A DNA stretch of 62,062 nt, filler included, from Choristocarpus tenellus KU-1152 (GCA_964200185.2; 8 parts of 8 records of this genome joined end to end with filler, not necessarily neighbours in it); one strand, 5' to 3'; positions 46,555 through 59,879 are shown, counted from the first letter of the whole stretch. The notes: generated from the letters alone by a model not told the origin. Program-made: numbers and translations.

Positions 46555-48794
46555 TTTTTGTATTGATGCCCCTACTTGAACATCTTTAAATAAAAAAAAT
46601 GAAATGTTGAACATTATCTTTTTTGATAATAATAATAAAACTTGAAATGGCTAAGAGAGTAAACCCCCACCTAACAGCTCTCGCTTACTTACTCCTAATA
46701 AATAATAATATTTCCACACAGTAGTGAATCGAGCGATTCTGTGGCGACGTGGTTCACTCAGGGTTAGGGTGGTGAAGAAAGAGACGCTACGGGGAAAAGA
46801 TTCGGAAATCTATCACTCTGAATATTCTCCACATGGTTGAACCGAATTTCTCAGAACACAACCTCAATCGGTATGACGGTATATGTCATACGGCAATAAC
46901 GGTATAACAACTGATAAACCTGCTTTCTGCATAGTTGAGGAGAGTTCCTCTTCCGGTAACCATAGAGCGAGTGTTGGAATCGATATATATTTATTTATTT
47001 ATATATATATATATATTTCTTTTTTTATGGCCTGTGGTTCCTATGCAGGAAGTCCACGAAGGTATCCGCGTACTGTGTTTAAAAAAAAAGAATAATAATA
47101 CCGGTAATAATAGTAAGCAATTGTTTTGTGATACTATTTTGATTGATTGATGGGGTGTGCAATGACAATTGGGCGGGCGGATGGACGGAGAGATGGTATT
47201 ATTTATAATCAAGCAACTTGGCAGGGTAGGGAGAGTATATTTTAAAGAGTTTTGGTTTTACTGTTGCGGCGGTTCAATGCAGTTGTGTTGTGCGATGTTG
47301 TGTGAGAGAGGAGTTGTTGCATTCTACGGGAGTAGGGAGGGGGATCCTTCCATTGTCATGTCGTCCTGCTGACTTAGCCCTAACCTTCAACCGACCCCCA
47401 CCCAATTAAATGAAGAAAAAAACTCAAAACTGATGCCGAACCCCGAGCGTTTTGTTTGAAAGTTTTTTTTTTTTATGGAGTAGGGTGGAGGGGATGCTCT
47501 TTTTTCCATTTTCAAAGATGAGATTTAAAAACAAGAATCGATTCTAAGAACGAAAGGAGGATTAATTTCAACCAAGGGGTCTGGAGCCCCATCAAGACGG
47601 ATGTGAAGAAATATTTCTAATGATAAGTGCGCACAAACACATTTATCAAAAAGACCATACAAGAACAGGTTATGGATGACTGGAGCTGGTGAAATTGAAT
47701 AAAATGCACATTCTTCTGAATTACAATTATTTTATTTTTTGTGCATTGGAAAATAGACACATCTATATTTGTAAAAAAAAGAAAAAGTGAGACCGTTTCT
47801 GTTTTTCCACCTACCTCTAGATTTATTTATTATTTTTTTTGGAAGTTTAGAACGTTGAAACATCAGAAAAAATACCTGAGCTACCTTACTTCAGCAACTA
47901 CCCCGCCGAAGTTAGTCACTCCTTTGAGGGAAGGCAACCCCTGAGCTAAACCTCGCCAAGTCTGACAGCTCGCAACCCAGGGACAAGCTTTCATTGAAAC
48001 ATTAGTAGACCCCTGTGCCTCATGACTACCTGCTCGGTGGGCTCAGTGGCTTACAAAGGTTTTGACGTAGGGAGCCTGATGTGAATAGCTATCTGTGTGT
48101 CAACATTCGTTTTCAAATCGTGTACTCCCTCGTCGTAATATACATATATATATATATATATATTTGCATTGATAATAATAAAAAAGATAGGGCCTGGTAA
48201 AAATCGAAAAGGTGTGTGTGGTAGCTCCTTGGGAGCTGGATAGGTTTGAATGGGACAGTATGAGTTCAAGGAGAATGCCAGATAGGGACTTCATTTCTAT
48301 GTGAGGACCTGTAGATCCCGATGGAGACAATGGTACAATAGTTCTTGCTCGAGGAGTGCCCCTCCCCCCCCTACATTAAGCTTTGACTTTGCCTACCGTG
48401 TAAGTATTTTTTGTTGCATGGTGTAGGCAATCATTGTTATAGTAGGCAACGAATGATCCTGGCTAACTCTCATTACTACATACACCACCCATCTGCAAGT
48501 TTATGTGCCTCTCTTGTGCCTGTGGCAACCCCCCCCCCACCCTCCACCACCCACCCCTCAACTGGACCCCAATCCAATACCCTACTTTGGCCCTCTGGTG
48601 TGTGTCTATGGGACTTGGCCATCTACAACACCTGCTGTCTGGAACTGTTGACCGCCCAATGGACGCTCTGGATTCTAGTTCTGGACACTGCGGAGATTTC
48701 CTCGATTGTCTCTAGGCTAATGTCCCCATCTCTAGTTTCTGCTGGACCTCAAGTGTATGATTTGGGGAAGTACGGGCAGGAGGAGCTGGAGGGG
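42258..48794 (+). CDS. Internal fragment of an unknown multi-exon gene spanning contig 5
   Basis: Six exons chain in phase with GT-AG ends: <42258-42362, 43450-43558, 43760-43882, 45723-45837, 48225-48300 and 48716->48794, giving ...MAVNTEWANGRLHLDGSSNHLDLTAGDMVLSW...LGKGLRALLASYVHAQAIEGDLLMANLPSAISMADASLKERAAHIGAVLGPETRWLVQEMA... Confidence 0.55.
43992..44028. repeat. (TG)n microsatellite
   Basis: Read directly. Confidence 0.95.
44268..45240. repeat. 74-bp intronic tandem array: 9 contiguous units, a 201-bp net interruption, then 2 more units
   Basis: ccaccaa(a/g)gtatt recurs at 44283, 44357, 44431, 44505, 44579, 44653, 44727, 44801 and 44875, then 45150 and 45224 (degenerate). Confidence 0.95.
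45885..46555. repeat. Cluster of (TTA)n tracts and a (GA)n tract (46256-46280)
   Basis: Read directly. Confidence 0.85.
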
Positions 48795-49013
48795 NNNNNN
48801 NNNNNNNNNNNNNNNNNNNNNNNNNNNNNNNNNNNNNNTTAATTAATTAANNNNNNNNNNNNNNNNNNNNNNNNNNNNNNNNNNNNNNNNNNNNCACTCC
48901 CCCCCGGCGGGTGCGTGTGTTTGTGTTTTTTGTGGGGGGGGGGGGGGGGGGGGGGGGGGCTTTGTAAAATGTTGCTACGTGTTCTCATCACAGGAGTCTG
49001 GTCACTCGTGCAG

Positions 49014-49099
49014 GCAGGCAAATGCGAGCACATGCAGCAAAGAAGGGCGCTTCGCTGGTGGAGGACACCATTGAAGTTCTAGACGGGCCGGTTGAGCAG
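49014..49099 (+). CDS. Candidate isolated exon
   Basis: tgcag| acceptor, CAG|gtaatg donor, open frame RQMRAHAAKKGASLVEDTIEVLDGPVEQ. Could not be chained to another exon. Confidence 0.25.
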
Positions 49100-52000
49100 G
49101 TAATGCACTTGGGGTTGTGGTGGAGGGACTAGTACTGTGTGTGAAGTGTGCGGCTATGTACTGCATAGAATGTCGAACAGTGTTATTTGTTGAATCTACC
49201 TGTGACTTACCTGTAGCTGAGCGTTTCATGGTCAGGGTTAGGGTTTAGAGACTGTAAGGGGCGGAAGGGTGTGGCAGGACAGCATCCACTAGTTGAGTTG
49301 GAGAATGGCGCTGGAACAGTGCAGAGTATTCCTTGGAGCTTGTTTGAAGTTCAGATGGCCTCCTGTGTAGTGTGGGCAGCTTTGAGGAGAAGTACTGACT
49401 CTTTGCTTCCTATTGGTCTCACTGCAGTGCCCTTGTTGGAGTTGAGTACCCCCTTACGCCCAATCCATATATCCCTTACGATAAGCTTGTGTTGATCATA
49501 CAGGGTTGCTAGTGATAGCTACCGCCGAGGAGATGCACTTCATCATCTCAAGGTCTACATATTGAAAGTTATCTCTCATGGCATGAGAAAGACATGTCCC
49601 TATAAAATATTGCGAATATGTGTGCATACAGAGCTTCGTTTCTCAGGCTATTGATTGATTTGTAATATGATTCTTGATTTGGAATCAGAAAGGAAGTGCA
49701 TACATGAAGGTACACCTTTTCTCTGCCGTGCCCAACTCATCAAATATATATAAATATATATATTTATTGAATGTTGGTATTTTGGAGCACTTGAAGTGTG
49801 TGCACGAGTATCGAGCTTTAGACAGCAAAGACATCTATGTATGAGTTTCACTTCATCCCTCTGGTGTAAGGTCAAGAAGAAACGCTCCATGTGCACCTGA
49901 AGGGCTGGCCTTTTTCAGGCGTCTTGTTTTTGTGTGGTATTTGTGCTGTATGTAGTATGTTTCTATCCAGGACATGACATTTCAGCAGACTCTAGAAGTA
50001 CAAGCACTTTTTTTTTAAATCCTATATCGGAGATATTTGAGTACTCAGCATACTTTACTGTTCACCTATTTTTCTACCCTGTCAAGACCTGAAGAGGAAG
50101 CACTGTCTATTCCAGAACCGTTTATCACGTTGGTTAGGGTTAGGGTTTTCTTCACCATTTGTGCTCAACAAAATCAGCAGACAATACATGCATAGAAAAT
50201 ATTTGTTTGTGAGGGGTGAAGGGATGGCAAAGATGTAAGTAGAAATCGTTTCTGCCGAGGAATCTTGTAGGACAGATCATTTACGGATCTCTCGCTATGT
50301 CGGCGTAACCTTCTTAGTTGGGATGTATACATGATTTATTTGTAGTTACCACTCACCTTTTTTTTATCAGTATGTGCAAATGATTTATACCGATGTGTGT
50401 GCAGAGGAGACGGTTGTGTATAGATGATCTATACCTACCTCATCTTGGTGTACAAATTTTAGTTTACACGCAGTCACTGGCTGGTTCTCTTCTTGTTCTA
50501 TGAAGTGCAAATATGGTCACACTACTTTCTAATCAGGCATATTGTGGAAGTTCCAGTGGTGGGGTCCTGGGTGACATGTCTCTACTGTGTCATGTCCCCA
50601 GGTTCGAGACATGTTGGGGTCGCCCTCGGCTCTTTCTAAATATAATTTGAAAGTGTGTACCCATATATCGGTGGTCAGTGGTCACATAACACGTATCAGT
50701 AGCTCAACTCCTGTACTAAGACATGCGCACATATTTGTCAATACCACTCATCCTCTGTAAAACGTGTACAAATGTGTTCGTTTAAGTTCCTCCCTAACGA
50801 TTTTTGGTTGTGAAAACAAATCACGAATCACAAACCTCTTCATTTGTCAACATCTCACCAAACCGATGGAAGGATTTTCCCACACCTGTCTCGGAAATAA
50901 GAATAAAAAATTGATGCAAATGATTCGAGATCTAACCCTAACCCTAAACTAAATGATACGAGATCTACAGATGAAAGAGTTAATTCCCTGAATCTTAAAT
51001 TTGTGAGAATGTAGCACAACGTGTATACTCAGATTGATTACAGGAACGGCCATCTATTTGTCGGAAATTGATTTGTCCGACATGTGTACCATTTACAAAG
51101 AAATAATCTATGGGATGAATATTATCAGTGGAGTAGGATTATGGCATCCTTGCCCTTCCCATAGTAATTGAGAAGCTATGCGACAATCAAGAGGTACGAC
51201 CTTCAGGTATCTCACGTTGCTCGCCCCTCCCCATCTTTTTATCCACAGCGTTTGCCCATTTCATACGAGGTTTCCTCTCCTCTCATAACCTTGAAGACAT
51301 TGAAGGTTAATCAAGCTTGTCGCATATTACTGGGGAACTATGTGGAATACGGATGATTCCGTAGAGGATAACTATTTGTGCTGATGTCCTTGTGTGTGTT
51401 TGTGTATGTGTGCGTGCGTGTGTGTGTAAATTTCACACGACACTCATACATGCTGCATACTATTGTATGACTAATGGTGCAACATAGTAGTGTGATAGTA
51501 TTTCGTCACTTGTTTTGGTGTCTTTCTTGCCACTGTACAGGTCCAGTAGAATGGTCGTAACACTCTCACGATACAAGAGAGGTTTTTGCTGGTTCGCGAT
51601 TCCTATTTCAGCATGTCAGTTGACCCTGTTTGTTGTATCTGGTACATAACTGTTTTATGATCTGGTGTACTGGTCACCACTTCGATCACCCTGCTTGAGC
51701 TTAGTGGTGTGTCACAAGAGGAACCCATCATCACAGCATCTGTCGCCAAAAAGCACGAACTACAAATAGACCCTCCGATTCCCATTAGTCCGCACCCATC
51801 CCAACACCCTGAACACTCTTATCTCTCTAAGGACGTAGTCGAAGTTTGGGGTGTAGTTGATAGTACGGTGTGACTGGAGAAGAGAGATGACAGTATGATG
51901 AGTTTTGCTTACACCATCAACATCAACAATGTAGGAGTAACTTGTATCAACCCATCACCCCCCCCCCCACCTCCTTTGGTGGAACCAGTCTCCGATTTTT

Positions 52001-52475
52001 CGTTGAAATAAGNNNNNNNNNNNNNNNNNNNNNNNNNNNNNNNNNNNNNNNNNNNNTTAATTAATTAANNNNNNNNNNNNNNNNNNNNNNNNNNNNNNNN
52101 NNNNNNNNNNNNCCATAGCATCGTTTTAAGGTCGTTGGATTTGAGTTGTACATCCTGGAAGGTGAGCATTGGGGGGCGCCTGTAACAGGACTGCGATCTG
52201 CCCAAACATGATTATGGAGGAATTGCATCTGAAAAAAGCACATAACACTCTCTATGGTGTCATCGTGGAGAGGAAGGATAACTTGACAGGGCCTTTCTCT
52301 TGCCCACCGTTCATCAATGGTGATAGGCCATCGATTGTATCCTCCAGTACTAACTCTTCCTCCTCTTCTCCAATCATCCCCTCACTATTGCCCTTCTCGT
52401 GTTTGTATCATCCTCCCCTAATTCGTATATGAGATATCCATCTGCCCTACTCGAGTCGGTAGAGACGTTAATCCT

Positions 52476-52732
52476 GAGCCAAAGTATCTTAGAGGGTAGA
52501 GCTGCGTCCATTTGGGGGGCCAAATCCAATGCTGCGATTTGGATATAATTTTGGTCATCGTGTTTGTTAGGAAGTGTCAATATGCTTGTTCTGGACACAC
52601 CTTTTCACAACGTACACATTTTACCTACTCCGAAACATTTCGTAGTAGGAAAATGTCATAAAACCCTGTGGGATGCCAAGCCCCCAATGGACAAACAGGG
52701 TAAAACTCGTACCCTCTAAGATACTTTAACTC
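52476..52732. mobile_element. MITE, about 255 bp, same family as 2822-3077
   Basis: Perfect 18-bp TIR core aaagtatcttagagggta / taccctctaagatacttt, extendable to GAG...CTC termini. Confidence 0.78.
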
Positions 52733-53065
52733 GGATGTATAGCTCCGATCCACAGGGCTATAGATGGCGCTGATGTTACAGTGTGCCCCTCAGAACTCGC
52801 CTCCACAGGATTTACAACTCAAATCCAACGACCTTAAAACGACCCTATGGGGGTGTTGCCCTCGAAAACAGTTTGTAGGGTGTCAGGTGTCCTTCTCTTC
52901 TTGATATTCCACTCAGTGCTTAGCTTAAAGCTCGACTCAAAGTTTCGTTCAAGATAAAAAGTAAGGACTGAAGGTAAAAGGGGTTGATCGTTTGACCAAA
53001 AGCCCTCTTATTATTTTCATCATCCACCCAATTTCTTTGGTCTTCTATGCAACTGCTCTACACAC

Positions 53066-53388
53066 ACTCCAATCATAAACCTTTATTCTGCAACTTCTTA
53101 GGGACTTTTGACAAATGTTACGTACGCATTCCGAGTCTTACTCTGTATCTTCTATGAAATCATCATTTATTCTGTAAGGCTACCTACGTATTACTGATAT
53201 TTATATTATTATACCCTCTGACATTTTGCAGATGTGTCAGGGGGGGGAACCAACCAATCTGCTACTGATATCGTATATTGTTCGCACTTGTTAGAACGCG
53301 AGAATCAATACTCGCCCTATACATCTGTCACAAATGTTCGTGTTTGCTAAGACATGGGAAGAAATGCTCGCGCTATTCGCCTGTAACA
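53066..53388 (-). repeat. Dispersed repeat family B, second copy
   Basis: Aligns base by base with 13965-14216 apart from the CRE insert and its duplication. Confidence 0.75.
53201..53262 (-). mobile_element. 62-bp extreme 3' end of the CRE-like element with a 9-bp target-site duplication
   Basis: Flanked by TACTGATAT at 53192-53200 and 53263-53271. The paralogous repeat near 14090 has one copy of the site (tactaatgt) and no insert. Confidence 0.8.
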
Positions 53389-53733
53389 CTGATACTTGTA
53401 CAGGATACCCTGACAGCCAAAAGGTCCAACGAGGATGATGAATATCAGGTCAACAGATATGGTTACTATTATGAATCATTAAGCATGAATATGAGAATTG
53501 GTAAATAATGTGGGGCCTCTTGTCATCATTTAAAGTTTTATTTTTATTTCGGTTTACAGACGTTGAATACATCTGGAAACCGTTGCATACCTTCCCAAGT
53601 AACAGATCTTACTCTGCAACTTTTAGCAAGTCGGAATTCCCCCTTTTTTTGGGTTCCACACACGCGTACACTGCTTGTGCTAGTCAAAGCAGAGGAAGAA
53701 ATACTTGCGCTATTCGCCTGTAACAACATGTAA

Positions 53734-54007
53734 TGTTACAGGCAATGTCTTAATGGCGGTTTCATAAACGCCACTATGGCCTGGGAGTCCTGGATTTTAT
53801 ATTTAGCTATTTATTAGTTATCATTTTGAGCTCACAAAAATGGTAAGAAACAGAGTCCAGCCTTATTTTTATGACCTCATGATGACCACAAGGTGAAGTT
53901 AGAGATCAGGTATATTTGACGACATTTACATTATGGAACCTTCTACAACCTTTTTAGATTGGAGCTGCACATCCCATCATGGTAAGCTTGCGGAGCGTTT
54001 TGTAACA
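53734..54007 (+). mobile_element. Solo-LTR-like copy of family A
   Basis: TGTTACAGGCAATGTCTTAATGGCGGTTTCATAAACGCC ... TTTGTAACA; internal blocks align with 33620-33972 and 18239-18553. Confidence 0.65.
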
Positions 54008-54562
54008 TAAACATTGCATCAAAATCCCTCATAGTTCGCGTGTTTGCAAGGTGTTTGGAGAAGAAGCTTAAATATTTTTTTTGTTCCCCCCCATTGCACC
54101 GGAAGAGGTTGGCGACTCCAGGGGTGCCTCTAGAAGTAGTTCCAGACGCTCACAGAAGAGAGACAAAATGCATGTTGAAGGATAGGAGTCCAGTGGTTTA
54201 TCTTGGACAACTACTTTGAAGTACCTCTACCAATCATTACCGCCACTAATATTAAAAAAATAGTTGGAAAATATTTTAACCTCAATGGTGGAAGTGCCAA
54301 GAACATGACCTAAACAAAACTTACGAAGCATTCACATATCTAGAGAGGGAAGAGGCAGGAGGCAACTACTGAAAAAAATAATATTGTGTTAGAGAAGTGC
54401 TGAGTGATTCTGTGTGTCGAAATAAAGAGTGGTGGTAGTATGATAGCCTGTAAGCTTCAGGAATATCATTATGTGTTGAGATGGCTGACTATGTGTAAAT
54501 AAATACATTAGGCTTTAATCATTGATAGTGAAGGAAATACCTTTCCTTTCGAAGTAAAATAG

Positions 54563-54647
54563 TCTCGAAGCGGAGATTCGAACTCCGGACCAATGGTTAG
54601 CTATTATCCAACTACAGACCACCGCTCTACCCCTGAGCTACTTCGAG
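54563..54647 (-). tRNA. trnY-GUA: tRNA-Tyr(GUA) with 13-nt intron
   Basis: Reverse complement folds as CTCGAAG-TA-GCTC-AGGGGTA-GAGC-G-GTGGT-CT GTA G[TTGGATAATAGCT]A-ACCAT-TGGTC-CGGAG-TTCGAAT-CTCCG-CTTCGAG-A. All four stems pair and the intron sits at the canonical 37/38 position. Confidence 0.93.
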
Positions 54648-54850
54648 ATACTACTGTATATAATTAAATCGTATTTAAAGTTTTATTCAGATTCCCCTAT
54701 TTAAAATACTAATATTATACTACTATAGCAGTGTTATGAGAAGAAGTACGTCTTTCTCCCCATACGTCCAGCATAGAGATCGACATCGTCTGTAGTTTTT
54801 TGTTTGCTCGACTAGAGTACCTGGACAGACAGTGCTCAACCCTCATCAAC

Positions 54851-57800
54851 ATGACCGAATATGCCACTTTAGGCGGAAGAGTCGCGGTTATACGGTGAGA
54901 ACAACATCTCAGCAAAGCACTGTGATTCTTCTTGATGTGTCATTGCCTAATAAACTAATTCCCACACGCCACAGGCTGTCAAATCCACCTCTGAATCCTC
55001 TGAGCCACGGGGTTCGCGCGGGTATGATTGAAGGATTGTCTCGTGCTGAGAACGACCCAGCCGTAACATCCATAGTCATCACAGGCAACGGAAATGCTTT
55101 CAGCGCTGGTGCAGACATCAAGGAGATGTCGGATGTGCACTCCATTCTACGACATCCTTCTCTTACCGCTGTCGTTGCTGCGATTGAGAATTGCTCGATA
55201 CCTGTCTCGGCGGCAATCAATGGTGTGGCGCTGGGAGGAGGATGCGAGGTAGGCATCCTTCTTGATGAGGTTGAAACAAGGGCGACGAAGTCCCTCATAC
55301 TTGGTAGAGGAGAAAACGCTTTCGACTTCTCCCTGTCCTGTCCTTCGACGTAGAACCCACCACATCCCCCCATCTGCGATCCAATTCTACTGGGTCGTTG
55401 TCTAAGACTCACATCCCTCTTGCTCCACGCGTTCGCACACCACCAGGTGGCACTCGCTTGCCACTTCCGAGTAGCTTCTCCACAAGCCTCATTAGGTGTT
55501 CCGGAGGTGCTGATTGGTTTATTGCCAGGGGCTGGTGGGACGCAGCGCCTTCCCCGCCTGGTTGGAGCCAAAATGGCTCTCAGCATGACCACTAACGGGA
55601 AGATGGTAAGGTTTCCGACAATGTTTGTGCCTTTGAAGTTAAATGGAATGTAACTACGTCGGGGGGGAAGATTGATGGAAGTACCACAATATGTCTATGC
55701 GCAGCTCTGAACGGCTCGTAAACTTCAACTGAGGAAAACTTCATGCAGCTCGTCTTGCAGTGCTACTTCAGGCTATATGAAGGAGGAAGGAGGACAGTAC
55801 TGGAGTGAGATGGCATCTATGCTCCCTCCACTTTGCTCTTGTACCTTTGGTTTAGAGACAGATCCTTCAAGAGTGCGGTTGTAGCAGTGGCTTTTCTATT
55901 ATTGTCTTCTGCCTCAAGGCTGCTGTGGAAAGGCTCAATTAGTCGCATCTCTACTGCCGGCAGCTGTACTCATAATCAAATAGATCAAATTTGCAATGAT
56001 ATTCTCTTTGATATCTTCAACTGTCCCTTTATGTTCAATATGGAAACAACAGGGGGTTGACTCTTTTGACTGTTAAAACCCAGTGGACAATTGATTGGAA
56101 TATACCCATACTGTATCACACCCTTTCTTTACAGTGCAGCATCTCGGCAGTGATGGAACTGTTTTCCAAATATGTTGTTACTTGGGAAATATTGATCCAC
56201 GGTGTTAGAGCCCTCCACTGTAGTAAGTCCACCTCTTGCTATGTATATTCACGTGGAGTGTTAAAGAATATTACTTTGAGCTATGTTGTTTCCCCCATAC
56301 ACAGGTTTCGGCACACAAAGCGTTGGAAGCAGGACTTGTGGACCATATGATCGCTTCTGTGGGGGCTGATCTGGTTGAGGCAGCGGCACTCTTTGCTCAG
56401 CAACGCCTGTCGGAAAAGGGTGGAAATTTGGATGCTTTTCGCTGTCGAAATATGCCTTTGAAGGTATGGGAGCCTGGTGGAGTCAAAGCATTTAAGGTGG
56501 TAGGGTTTTTGCCCTGTTAGTCTGTTCGGAGCTCGGCTTCCCACGGACCTTTTTTACCCTTTTTCAGTTATTGAAACAATTCAGAGTAGGTAAAATGTGT
56601 AAGACTACGAAAGGTGTACCCGGAGCAAGGATATTGGCACTTGCTAACAAATACGATAGCCAAAATTAATCGGAATCGCAACATTGGATTTATGACCCTG
56701 AATGGATGCAGCCCTACCCTCTTAAACGCTTTGGGTCAGTGTGCAAACCAGAGTACTACATATGGTCCTTTTGTGTTTGTAATTCCTCCAGCTACAGCTC
56801 CTCTTCCACAACCCTACTGTTGACATGGTTAAACCATCTTAGCGTACAACTTACAGAATGATCCGGAGTACTCCGTGTTTAGTGTTAGTGACACCCAGCA
56901 TCACCAATGCCAACAGACGAGTTAAATCTCTATGAACTCCTTCCAGGTATAGGTCTCTCCCATCTCCCACCCCCATAACTGAGTTCCATCCCAAGGACAC
57001 ATACCCCATCCGGTCAGTCCCACCCAGCCCACAATTCACGATCTTTTTTGAAATCACTAAACAAAACTCAGACTAACCCTTTCACCGTGCCCTCCCCATG
57101 GGGAGTATGGACGATCCAGGACCCTCCCTTGGTGGTGCTCAAGTTATGTGACAATATGGGGATGGAGGTTGGCCCCCCAGTCCGTGGGAAAGAGCCAGTG
57201 TGGGCATGTGTGGAGGCGTTGAGGGCCGCAGCGTTGCAGGGAGGGCCTGGTGGTTGTTTTGACCTGGGTATAGCTCAAGAGGGGAAACTGTTTTCATTGG
57301 TGGGTGCACAAAATGGAGCATTTTGACCAATGTAGCGGCCTGTTGGGTCAATTTGAATCAACAGGGTGTGGAGGGTATGGAGGGTTGGCTATGATGTTAC
57401 GTTGTGATTTAATTGCAGCATGCTCATTGCTTGATATGCTTGTGGGTCAGGACATGTGTTGTCTTTGGGGTGATCTTCAATTTCTTTTGTGCCGATGGCT
57501 TGCTTTTTTTTTGTGTTGCTATTGAATAATAGTTCCTGCACTGTACTTCTTGATGGATCTGAAACATACACACAAATGTATATATATTTTTTACTGTCTC
57601 TGTTATATCAATATATATATATATACATATCTCTTCTGCTCAAAGCTTTAAATTATGTACCTTGGTGGTACATCACCAAACAGCCCACGTAGGTGGGTTT
57701 TAGTAATAATACATTCACCTGGAGCAGTTGAACTGTAAGAGCTCACTTGAGGTTGTTATCTGTTGTGAATCTTAGATTCAATAAAATAGCTAAGATTCGA

Positions 57801-58119
57801 TTTTCGACCGGGCACACTGCGCGCTTTGCTTGCGGAGCTTGTGAGCTTGGCGACTTTGTGCTCCTGAATTTGTGCACTTCAAGTGTGTTGAACGTTTTTT
57901 GAACTGATTAAAAAATTTAATTCAAAACTCTGCAGCTTCTTCTACTCTGTATACATGTCACGTAATATCAACTCAACTCAACTCAACTGCACAGTAGTAC
58001 GTTAGGTTCAAAAAGGGAACATTCAAACACAATTGCTGATGAATTCCGATCCTTCAAATATCACCTTTTTTTCTTCATGTTATTACTCTCCGCAGGTTGC
58101 ATCCTCCTAACCCTCTCAT

Positions 58120-58171
<52 letters not shown>

Positions 58172-58285
58172 CGCGGCCCCGTGCCCCCCCCCCCCCCCCC
58201 CCGCCCCCCCCCCCCCNNNNNNNNNNTATTTTTGACTCTTCCTCCTTCACCTTTTTTTTTTTTTTTTTTTTTTTTCCCCCCCCCG

Positions 58286-58333
<48 letters not shown>

Positions 58334-58569
58334 GCATGGCTTCTCACTGTTGGTGTTGAATGCAGCTCATCCAGTCCCAACAGTCCCGTGCTCGGCGCCA
58401 TCTCTTTCTTGCTGAGCGGTCAGCGTATAGGGTTCCGATGGTGGTTGGGACAGGAGGAGTTCCAGTTGTGGAGACTGTTGGCGTGATTGGGGCTGGGACT
58501 ATGGGGGGGGGCATTGCTATTGCCCACCTCTTGGCTGGCTACCGTGTTACTCTCATTGATGCAAAGGAG
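54851..58569 (+). CDS. Enoyl-CoA hydratase/3-hydroxyacyl-CoA dehydrogenase bifunctional enzyme (EHHADH/MFP-like), 5' part, cut by contig end
   Basis: Phase-compatible exons 54851-54894, 54975-55248, 55447-55605, 56305-56463, 57120-57299 and 58366-58569. Crotonase motifs [24 protein letters not shown] and [22 protein letters not shown] (both catalytic Glu present), then the Rossmann motif [14 protein letters not shown]. Confidence 0.93.
58121..58331. repeat. Intronic poly-C/poly-T tracts around a 10-N gap (low-quality sequence)
   Basis: Homopolymers flank N58217-58226. Confidence 0.85.
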
Positions 58570-59879
58570 GTAGGAGGATAGAGTGGCATTTATTTATTTG
58601 TTTGTTTGTAGGGGGGGGGGGGGGGGGGGGGGGGTTTTTTGGTTGGGGGGGCAGAGTGGTTTTTTTTTTCTCGGTAATAAATAAAAAAANNNNNNNNNNN
58701 NNNNNNNNNNNNNNNNNNNNNNNNNNNNNNNNNTTAATTAATTAANNNNNNNNNNNNNNNNNNNNNNNNNNNNNNNNNNNNNNNNNNNNCTGCACAACAC
58801 ACCCATAAAAATATCAAGATGCGAAAAAAAAAAAAAAACTTCTTCATTTAGGCTGCAAAATTTATGTTACATCTAATTTCGAATGGAGGAATTTTTTTTT
58901 GAGGACTGAGTCGAGAGAAAAATGGACTAAAGTTTGTTCATTAGTTTATTTAGAGGAAGTTTGGATAACTCACGGGTTGACCTCCATAGCAATACTGATG
59001 CTGGCGCCATGGAGAGGGAGGGAACTGGATATGCTGCTTCAATGACCATGATGAAGGAGTTGTGAATTGTCTACTGAAGATGTTGGAGGGATCGTAGCCT
59101 GGTGGAGGAGAAATTGAGGACGGGTCAATGGGACCCCCTTCTGAGGCAAATTTGGCAATGGAAAGAAAGCAGATGCTGGGCCAGTGAGATATCCTCCAGG
59201 GGCAACATCAGTGGAGGGAAAATCTTATCCTAGATGCATCTTCTTCTGCTGCAAAATGTGATGCATTGGACACAACTCCCAAGTTGAACCACCCAATTAT
59301 CACCTGTGGGAGGTGTCAGGCTTGTGAGGTGAAGCCATGAGGAAGGCTGGAAGTTGCAAGCCCATTCTATGGGAACGCACCCAATGACAAACCTGGCAAC
59401 TTTCCCCAGGAAACTGCAGAGAAGATTAGGGTGGAATCGAAGCAGAGGAATCCCTAGCAATTTGAGGGTATTGTGGAGGCTGAGTAAATACTATATTTGA
59501 GAGTGCACCCACTCAAGAAGAAGGCATAGGCTGCGAGAATAGAGGCAAAGAAGGACGTCAATGAAGACACCTCCAAGTCCAAGTGAGCGTCACATACTTG
59601 TTGACTATCCTGTTCTACAACAATCACTGTGAAAGGCTGTTAGATGCCTTCATTGACCCGGAGTGGAGGTGTTCTGGGTTCATTCATACCAACTAACCCC
59701 ACACTCTGTGGCAAACATTCCCTGGTAACCTGTAAGAGTTGCTGGAAAGCATGGAATGTGTTACTCTGGCCACTCCAGCAATGCAGAAGAGGAAGGAGTA
59801 GAGTTTGACAGAGATAACACTCTCAATGTTTTTCGGGCTGCAAAGAGTCCTCCTGATTCATCTGTAATGAAAGGACATC

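Noticed and set aside
51830-51945. ApaG-like exon (SFAYTININNVG), possibly with Sec readthrough of TGA
   Set aside because: In-frame stop just upstream, no convincing splice chain and no SECIS identified; the similarity is too short.
58075-58486. Poly-Gly / poly-Pro (extensin- or formin-like) ORFs, also near 42912-43250
   Set aside because: Translations of intronic homopolymer runs around N gaps.
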